From positions 1 to 51,610 of IMG/VR virus record IMGVR_UViG_3300021142_001969: a stretch of DNA of 51,610 nt. One strand, 5' to 3'. Shown here piece by piece: positions 45,758 through 51,610 of this stretch. Under the pieces are notes generated by a model. The model did no database searches. It was not told the DNA's origin and was given only the letters and a program-made list of their open reading frames with translations. This DNA is from a virus (Duplodnaviria > Caudoviricetes). A program made the position numbers and the translations under genes. Position 1 is the first letter of the stretch. Each line of letters opens with the position of its first letter.

Positions 45758-45850
45758 AAGCAGGTTGCGCTAACTCGTAAGAATAGCGGTGAATAGACGG
45801 GCAGTTATTTAGCGACAACTGAATCGGATAAAACTTCGAACAACCTGCTT
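45758..45850 (+). ncRNA. Four-way-junction structured RNA
   Basis: 10-bp AAGCAGGTTG/CAACCTGCTT closing CGCTA/TAGCG, CAGTT/AACTG, TCGGA/TTCGA. Confidence 0.55.
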
Positions 45851-45865
45851 TTTAAAATAAAAGTA

Positions 45866-46144
45866 ATGATTGATAAAATTGAAATAACACTCTCTGAAAG
45901 CGGATTTATAAACGTAAATATTGGTGACGTTCATTTTATGCACTCAAATGATACTGGTGAAGTGCTATTAAATATAGCTGCTGCCATTAAGAAGTTAGCG
46001 TATTTCCCAAAAGGAAAGCATGAAAGCACAATGCCTATAACATACGAGGAATTTAAGAATAGATATAAAAAAACAAAAGTGGTTGCTCCTACCCGTAAGG
46101 ATGGAGGCATAAGTACAGAGAGTTCTAAAGAGCTTTCTAATTAA
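45866..46144 (+). CDS. Hypothetical protein
   Basis: 92-aa ORF. Confidence 0.55.
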   Translation: MIDKIEITLSESGFINVNIGDVHFMHSNDTGEVLLNIAAAIKKLAYFPKGKHESTMPITYEEFKNRYKKTKVVAPTRKDGGISTESSKELSN

Positions 46145-46177
46145 ACGACGGACAGCCACTTTTTTAAAATAGACTAT

Positions 46178-46384
46178 ATGAATTTAACGACTAAACAAAA
46201 GCAATTTATCAGACTTAACTCAAACAGACCAGCGTCAATGATAGCTAAGGATTTGGGAATAGATGATAAGAAGATTGTAGAAGACTATCAGAAAGAAAGT
46301 AGAAAGAGAAATGTGTTTGATATTATGTGCCCAATCACCGGACACAAACTGATTCATAACAAGAAAGTAAAAGAATTGAATTGA
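46178..46384 (+). CDS. Small HTH protein
   Basis: LTTKQKQFI..ASMIAKDLGI. Confidence 0.65.
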   Translation: MNLTTKQKQFIRLNSNRPASMIAKDLGIDDKKIVEDYQKESRKRNVFDIMCPITGHKLIHNKKVKELN

Positions 46385-46385
46385 T

Positions 46386-46565
46386 ATGAAACGTGCTACA
46401 CATTTTATTGAGACTTACAGAAATAGCGAAGGTGAAGTGAAGACTTCAAGGCCTTTCCCTATTGACACAATTAAATGGCACCAGTTAGGAAATAAAGTAA
46501 GAGGTTGGAAAACAATATTAATCGCAAAATTCAGGATAGATGATCGAAGAGATATCAAACGATAA
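46386..46565 (+). CDS. 59-aa ORF (not in ORF track)
   Basis: MKRATHFIETYRNSEGEVK..; starts 1 nt after the upstream stop. Confidence 0.55.
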   Translation: MKRATHFIETYRNSEGEVKTSRPFPIDTIKWHQLGNKVRGWKTILIAKFRIDDRRDIKR

Positions 46566-46659
46566 AGCAATGAGAATCGGATTAGCCATATTCGGGTTTG
46601 GGGTTCTGATTCTTGTATTAGTTAACGCATTAATACCATATAAGTTATGTGCAGTTTAA
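46540..46659 (+). CDS. 39-aa single-TM peptide
   Basis: MIEEISNDKAMRIGLAIFGFGVLILVLVNALIPYKLCAV. Confidence 0.45.
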   Translation: MIEEISNDKAMRIGLAIFGFGVLILVLVNALIPYKLCAV

Positions 46660-46769
46660 AAGACCAACTAATCGGTGAATGTATAATTATCGCATTCATG
46701 GCAATAGTAGTAGGATACTATCTGTTCTGGGCTTTGAAAGAAGAGTTAAAAAACAAACATCATGAGTAG
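46647..46769 (+). CDS. 40-aa single-TM peptide
   Basis: MCSLKDQLIGECIIIAFMAIVVGYYLFWALKEELKNKHHE. Confidence 0.45.
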   Translation: MCSLKDQLIGECIIIAFMAIVVGYYLFWALKEELKNKHHE

Positions 46770-46923
46770 TTACGAAGCTTTTCAAATGGAGAAATACGGC
46801 AACGTTCTGAATGCTAAAGGTGTAATATCAGAAATGTTTGAAAATAGGCTTGAAGAACAGGATCAGTTAACAGAATGGTTTAACCAGCAGGCAGAACTTA
46901 AATTGATAGAAAAAGAGAAATAA
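46762..46923 (+). CDS. 53-aa ORF
   Basis: MSSYEAFQMEKYGNVL.. Confidence 0.55.
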   Translation: MSSYEAFQMEKYGNVLNAKGVISEMFENRLEEQDQLTEWFNQQAELKLIEKEK

Positions 46924-46948
46924 AAAAGCCGCTGCTACGAACAGCGGC
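46922..46948 (-). terminator. Minus-strand intrinsic terminator
   Basis: A6-GCCGCTG-CTACGAA-CAGCGGC. Confidence 0.7.
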
Positions 46949-46979
46949 ATAGATAACCATAATTAAATAGTAAATCAAA

Positions 46980-47936
46980 ATGAGTACAAATGTAGGAAAA
47001 GTTGGCTTAGTTCAAAAATTAGAACAATCAAGCCCAGTGCAGATAGTAAATCTGCCAGAAGTTGCTAATAGGTTTAAAGACCTATATGCCATCATGAATG
47101 GCGGCAACAATAAGACAGCCGAATTAAAATATGAGGCAGAAAAGTTTCACTTCGCTAAGCTGATTCAGGATAATAAACCATTACAGGAGTGCACCAAGCT
47201 TTCTCTGTATGGATGCTTCCTGGACATGGCGGTAAATGGCTTATCATTTGATACAGCGATGAAGCACGCTTATGTAGTTGCTATGGGCGCAAATGTTGGT
47301 ACTAAAGATAATCCTAAGTGGGAAAAGAGAGCTACACTGATGGTGTCTGGTTACGGTGAGCTTCATATCCGTACAGCTCAGGGTCAGATAAAATATGCTG
47401 ACAATCCAATTATCGTGTATGAAGGTGATATGTTTAAGCATGGCACCAAGGATGGTAAAGTATTTCTGGAGCACGTTGCTGAATTCCCACGCAAGACAGA
47501 CAATATTATTGCCTGCTATATCAGACTGGAGCGTCCGGATGGAACGGTTGATTACAAGGTATTATCTATTGAGGAAATTATGAAGTTGAAGAAGTTCAGC
47601 AAGGATCCTAATAGTAAAGCCTGGACAGATGGATTGCCGGGAATGGTTCAGGCAAAGACGATTAAGCACGCTTTTCGTTCATATCCTAAAGTGAAACTTG
47701 GACAGTTCTCACAACTACAATCTGAAACTATTGATGTAGTGCCTGAAAGAGTAATTGATTATGGTATTGAAGAAGCTGAATTGCCATCAGCTACTGGAAC
47801 ATTCACACCGGTAATGGTAGTTGAACCGGTAAAGCCGCAGCAAGTTAATCAGCCACCAGTTAATGATGATGAATTTGCACAACCACAACAGCAGGCTTCA
47901 GCTAATTCAGTTACTCATTCAGATGATGATTTTTAA
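46980..47936 (+). CDS. recT: RecT-family ssDNA annealing protein
   Basis: LQECTKLSLYGC, GLSFD, YVV, VYEGD.F, W..G.PGMVQAKTIKHA; acidic DDDF tail. Confidence 0.88.
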   Translation: MSTNVGKVGLVQKLEQSSPVQIVNLPEVANRFKDLYAIMNGGNNKTAELKYEAEKFHFAKLIQDNKPLQECTKLSLYGCFLDMAVNGLSFDTAMKHAYVVAMGANVGTKDNPKWEKRATLMVSGYGELHIRTAQGQIKYADNPIIVYEGDMFKHGTKDGKVFLEHVAEFPRKTDNIIACYIRLERPDGTVDYKVLSIEEIMKLKKFSKDPNSKAWTDGLPGMVQAKTIKHAFRSYPKVKLGQFSQLQSETIDVVPERVIDYGIEEAELPSATGTFTPVMVVEPVKPQQVNQPPVNDDEFAQPQQQASANSVTHSDDDF

Positions 47937-47960
47937 TTTTTAACCACTCAAATAATTATA

Positions 47961-49361
47961 ATGGAAACTTTACAAAACAATCAGGTAGCGATAATCAATA
48001 ACTCAATAGAGATATTCCGTTCTGCTCCTGAAATTCTAAAGGCTAATCAGGACCGTACAAGCAAAGCATTAGTAGTAGGTAACAGCGTACTGGAGCAGTT
48101 CCAGAATGCCTGGGATATTGAGGATGAAAGCGAAAGAATGGCAGCACTTGCCATTGCAGATGAAAGAGCCAATAAATATCTGGTTAACTGTGGTACAGCT
48201 CTGAAGGAGGAAAAAGAAACGAGAGCGGCCATTACACAAATGATGGATGAGTTTAAAAAGATGTTTACCAATGCAGAGAATGATATTGACAAATCAAAGT
48301 CTAATACTATTCCTGCCAAGATTCAAACGAACCGTGATACTTATGTTGCTGAAGCTGCTAAAATAGCAGACCGTAAACGCAAGGAAGCAGAAAGAGAAGC
48401 AGAAAAGAAAAGAGAGGTGATAAGTTTAAAAGCTGCTGTTGAAACTAGATTTTCTGCATATCTGAACGATCATATCCTGAAAGCTAAACAATGGCTACAA
48501 GAAAAGGTGAACGCATTACAGTTGGAAGGCTTCGCTGATGCAGCAGCAGAGATAAGATTATGGGAACCAACCTATACAGAAAAGCATTTTAATTCCTTTA
48601 ATCCAAGTTTGTATTCTACACTTCAAACAAAGGAAGAACTGGATGCAATTGCTAATGAGGTTTTATCAACTAAGTTTTTAACTGCTAAGGATTCTTATGT
48701 TACTCAGATGATAGAATATAAAAAAGAGCTTGTTGATAAGATTCCTTCTAAGCATCAGGAACTTAAGGAAGCAAAACGTCTGGCAGATGAAAAAGAACGT
48801 CAGAGGATTGAGCGGGAAAAAGCTGAAGCTAAACGTAAGGAAGAACTGGAAAGAGCAAATGCTGAAGAAAGAGAAGCCTTAGCAAAAAAACAAGCTGCAG
48901 AACGCGAGGAAGAAGCTAAAAAGCAGGCTGAATTGAAACTGCAACAGGAAGCGGCTGAAAAAGAAAAGAAGGAAAGAGAGGAAGCTGAAGCTGCATTGTT
49001 ACTTAATCAAACAGAACAGGCAAATAAAGAAGCGGAGCAAGCTATTGAATTGAGCCGTCAGGGTGAGGAAACAATGGTACTATTTGAAAAGGAGGCAACA
49101 CTTGCTGAAGCAGTAAGCACATCTGAATCAAGACAGGGATATGAGATTGTTATCCTTCATCCGGTTGCATGTACTCAAATATTCGCTTTATGGTTTGAGA
49201 ATGAAGGAAAGAATCTGCCAGTTGATAAGATTCTCAATACTAAAATTGATCAGATGAAGACTTGGGCCGAAAAGTTTGCTTTGAAAACAGGTACCAAGAT
49301 TGAGAGCAAGTTACTTCAGTATCAGGATTCATTTAAAGCTGTAAACAGAAAAGCTAAGTAA
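47961..49361 (+). CDS. Long coiled-coil protein in recombination module
   Basis: E/K/A/R-rich heptads. Confidence 0.75.
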   Translation: METLQNNQVAIINNSIEIFRSAPEILKANQDRTSKALVVGNSVLEQFQNAWDIEDESERMAALAIADERANKYLVNCGTALKEEKETRAAITQMMDEFKKMFTNAENDIDKSKSNTIPAKIQTNRDTYVAEAAKIADRKRKEAEREAEKKREVISLKAAVETRFSAYLNDHILKAKQWLQEKVNALQLEGFADAAAEIRLWEPTYTEKHFNSFNPSLYSTLQTKEELDAIANEVLSTKFLTAKDSYVTQMIEYKKELVDKIPSKHQELKEAKRLADEKERQRIEREKAEAKRKEELERANAEEREALAKKQAAEREEEAKKQAELKLQQEAAEKEKKEREEAEAALLLNQTEQANKEAEQAIELSRQGEETMVLFEKEATLAEAVSTSESRQGYEIVILHPVACTQIFALWFENEGKNLPVDKILNTKIDQMKTWAEKFALKTGTKIESKLLQYQDSFKAVNRKAK

Positions 49362-49363
49362 TC

Positions 49364-50020
49364 ATGGAACTGAACTACTACGCAAGACCAGAAGTGTCCA
49401 ACTCAGAGTTGGGATGGTTGGAGAAATATTTCCTGCCTCAGTCATTCGTGATTGATCTGGAAGCTGCGTATCGTTTTGGTTCATTACTAGATGCTATGAT
49501 TACAGAGCCGGCTTTGGTAGATTACTACAAGTTCACCTGTTCTGGCATCCAGTATTCAAAGGAAGAGTTTCAGAAGGCAGAAGCTATGAAGAAAGTATTT
49601 TTTGCTGACAACTTCTGCAAGTCATTAGCTGCTCAATGTGATATGCAGAAAGTTTCTATCAAGAAGGACTGGCCAATCACTTATGAAGGTTTTCAGTTTG
49701 CTATGGATGTACGTTGCAAGTGGGATTTCTTCGCCCCTAAGATTGATTTATCAGGTGACTTAAAAACAACAGCCTGCACTACTCAGAAGCAATTTGAGGA
49801 AAGTATTCTGCATTACAATTATGATAGGCAGGCAGCCTGGTATATGGATATTGAAAATAAATCAAACTTCATCTTCATAGGTATCAGCAAGGTAAATTTC
49901 AAGATATTCAAAGTGCCATTAAAAAGAGGCAGTGAATTGTATAAAAGTGGAAAGGCTAAGTATCAGGAATTAGCTTTCAGATACTGGTATTTATTCGGTG
50001 ATTTAAAACTTGCTGCATAA
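49364..50020 (+). CDS. PD-(D/E)XK exonuclease (RecE/ExoVIII, DUF3799-like)
   Basis: VSNSEL, FGSLLD, RCKWD, DLKTT, YDRQAAWY. Confidence 0.85.
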   Translation: MELNYYARPEVSNSELGWLEKYFLPQSFVIDLEAAYRFGSLLDAMITEPALVDYYKFTCSGIQYSKEEFQKAEAMKKVFFADNFCKSLAAQCDMQKVSIKKDWPITYEGFQFAMDVRCKWDFFAPKIDLSGDLKTTACTTQKQFEESILHYNYDRQAAWYMDIENKSNFIFIGISKVNFKIFKVPLKRGSELYKSGKAKYQELAFRYWYLFGDLKLAA

Positions 50021-50484
50021 TGAGAGAGCTGATAATTTACATGTGCAATAATAGTATTCTTAATATGGATGAGTTTAAACAGCTTTTCTATGGATTGAAG
50101 AATGGTAAATACCATATCACTATTAAGGATGCTAGAAAGAGATCCATTCCACAGAACAGATATTACAGAGGTGTGGTGGTGCCCATTGTCAGAGCAGGAT
50201 TATACGAAGCTGGTTATGATGAAGTAAAAACCAATGAAGATGCACATGAAGTTCTAAAGGGATTATTCCATAAAAAAGATATTGTAAACAAACAGACAGG
50301 TGATGTGATTACAACGGTTCTAAGTACAACAGAGTTCTCAATACCTGAGTTTGATAACTATATTGAAAGGATTTGCAAATGGGCTGCAGAGTTTTTAGGA
50401 GTGGTGATTCCTGCACCTAATCAGGTTTATGTTGAATATATTGATTGGGTAAAAACAATACTGGAGCATGAAATTGAAAAGTGA
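50020..50484 (+). CDS. NinB/Orf-like recombination protein
   Basis: RSIPQNRYY.G, STT..S..EF..YIE.I. Confidence 0.75.
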   Translation: MRELIIYMCNNSILNMDEFKQLFYGLKNGKYHITIKDARKRSIPQNRYYRGVVVPIVRAGLYEAGYDEVKTNEDAHEVLKGLFHKKDIVNKQTGDVITTVLSTTEFSIPEFDNYIERICKWAAEFLGVVIPAPNQVYVEYIDWVKTILEHEIEK

Positions 50485-50746
50485 TGTTAAGAGTGCATTC
50501 AGTAACAAGCTGTATGGAAAGAAAGGTGACGAGGTTACTGTACTCAGCGATAGAGGTAATGTTATGATAGTTGAAGGCTCTGAAAAGAATCGATTTACAG
50601 TTTTGAAATCACAGCTTACAGACATGCCAGTTGAATTAAAAGAAGAAATAATAACTGTACCTGATGCTACAGTTCAACATAAAATTAATCGGGAACCGGT
50701 ATCAAGAAAAAAGGCGGTGCCCATAAATCAAAAAACACTGTTTTAA
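50468..50746 (+). CDS. Small SH3-like hypothetical protein
   Basis: YGKKGDEVTV. Confidence 0.6.
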   Translation: MKLKSDVKSAFSNKLYGKKGDEVTVLSDRGNVMIVEGSEKNRFTVLKSQLTDMPVELKEEIITVPDATVQHKINREPVSRKKAVPINQKTLF

Positions 50747-50747
50747 A

Positions 50748-51248
50748 ATGAATGTAAAAATTAAAAAGGCAAAAATCAAAGATGATCTGTTCCTTGATGT
50801 GGAGTACACAGAAAATTTAGAAGGGCATACAAAGAAGGACACTAAGCTTTCTTGCACTGTTCCGGTTCATGAAGATTTAAAGGCTTCATTTGACAAGCTG
50901 CACAGACATCTGGCCATACTTTGTGATGAAGTAACCGAGCCTAAGAAAAAAGAGTTTGCAACTTCTTTCTTTCCCGACTTCTCTGCCAGAGGCTTCTCTA
51001 TCGGTGGTAATGATGAGAACGAAGGAGTAACTATTTCAGGTTGGAAAGAAGGAAAGTTTGGTTCCGTTAATCTGAATTCTCCTTTTAAAAAGTATGAGGA
51101 TGCTGATTATCCTTTTATCAGTCAGTTAGGTGAAGATATTGCTGCTGCTATCTATGAGGTTGAACAATATCTGTTTGTCGGCAAGAGAGCACCGGAGAAA
51201 CAGTTATCACTTGAATTCAATAATGGAGCTAATGATGATGGTATTTAA
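50748..51248 (+). CDS. Hypothetical phage protein
   Basis: 166-aa ORF, QLSLEF C-terminal motif. Confidence 0.7.
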   Translation: MNVKIKKAKIKDDLFLDVEYTENLEGHTKKDTKLSCTVPVHEDLKASFDKLHRHLAILCDEVTEPKKKEFATSFFPDFSARGFSIGGNDENEGVTISGWKEGKFGSVNLNSPFKKYEDADYPFISQLGEDIAAAIYEVEQYLFVGKRAPEKQLSLEFNNGANDDGI

Positions 51249-51259
51249 AATAATAACTG

Positions 51260-51490
51260 ATGCAACTATCTCCACAAAAAGTACACCGTAAGATATTAGG
51301 ATTCCTGGATCAGAATGGTTATGTAATTCATATCAATCGGGTGGAAGCTAAACGGTTTGAATTGCAGGAAAACTTCCAGATCATCCGGAAGTACAAGAAA
51401 AGAGATAGTTGCAATAAGTACATCAAAAAATTATACAATAAAATTAAATCTGAACAAGATGGCAAAAGCAAAGAAAACAGTAGAACATAA
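51260..51490 (+). CDS. Hypothetical basic protein
   Basis: 76-aa ORF. Confidence 0.55.
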   Translation: MQLSPQKVHRKILGFLDQNGYVIHINRVEAKRFELQENFQIIRKYKKRDSCNKYIKKLYNKIKSEQDGKSKENSRT

Positions 51491-51610
51491 GGAACTAAGT
51501 GTTTTGACTATATCACCGATATTAATGGTATCAATCCTTCCAAGCAAAAATAATCCTCGTAAGAGTATTAACGAGGATTCAATTAAAGAGCTTGCTGATA
51601 GTATGCAAGT
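51459..51610 (+). CDS. 5' part of the ParB-family gene (continues at base 119 after circularisation)
   Basis: ATG GCA AAA GCA.. in frame with ORF 12..1538. Confidence 0.85.
   Translation, partial: MAKAKKTVEHKELSVLTISPILMVSILPSKNNPRKSINEDSIKELADSMQ
51493..51610. repeat. Terminal direct repeat, right copy
   Basis: Matches 1-118 with one mismatch. Confidence 0.95.

Noticed and set aside
584-50625. Many short opposite-strand or alternate-frame ORFs in the track (e.g. 584-796, 9754-10002, 14523-14828, 27114-27446, 42759-43076, 48047-48319)
   Set aside because: Nested within well-supported genes, with no motifs or expression signals

Overview
Apparently complete (~51.5 kb, circularly permuted) temperate tailed phage genome. 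The host is most likely Bacteroidota, judged from TAnnTTTG/TTTG promoters, A-rich SD-less starts and signal peptides cleaved before Gln. Bases 1-118 are repeated at 51493-51610 with one mismatch, so the unit length is ~51,492 bp. Modules in order: replication (ParB-like, HARP-SNF2 helicase, initiator with iterons, DnaC-like loader); small accessory ORFs; a self-contained cassette with its own promoter, operator and terminator (PcrA-Tudor protein, short SNF2 helicase, IbrB-like ParB, IbrA-like PAPS-reductase fold, HTH); ParB-fused DNA methyltransferase; terminase, portal, protease, HK97-type capsid; long non-contractile tail with Ig-like domains; lysis genes with a u-spanin-like lipoprotein and a secreted nuclease; tyrosine integrase with attP in the 3' half of tRNA-Arg(TCT); CI/Cro switch; an early operon with a ~650-nt cluster of structured RNAs around an atypical initiator-like tRNA(CAT); RecT/exonuclease/NinB recombination genes. 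Best candidates for new biology: the 8.7-13.5 kb helicase/IbrAB cassette, the tRNA-sized RNA array at 45.2-45.9 kb, signal-peptide proteins inside the virion operon under a shared palindromic promoter motif, and a predicted antisense sRNA over the recT start. All assignments come from motif recognition by eye; no searches were run.
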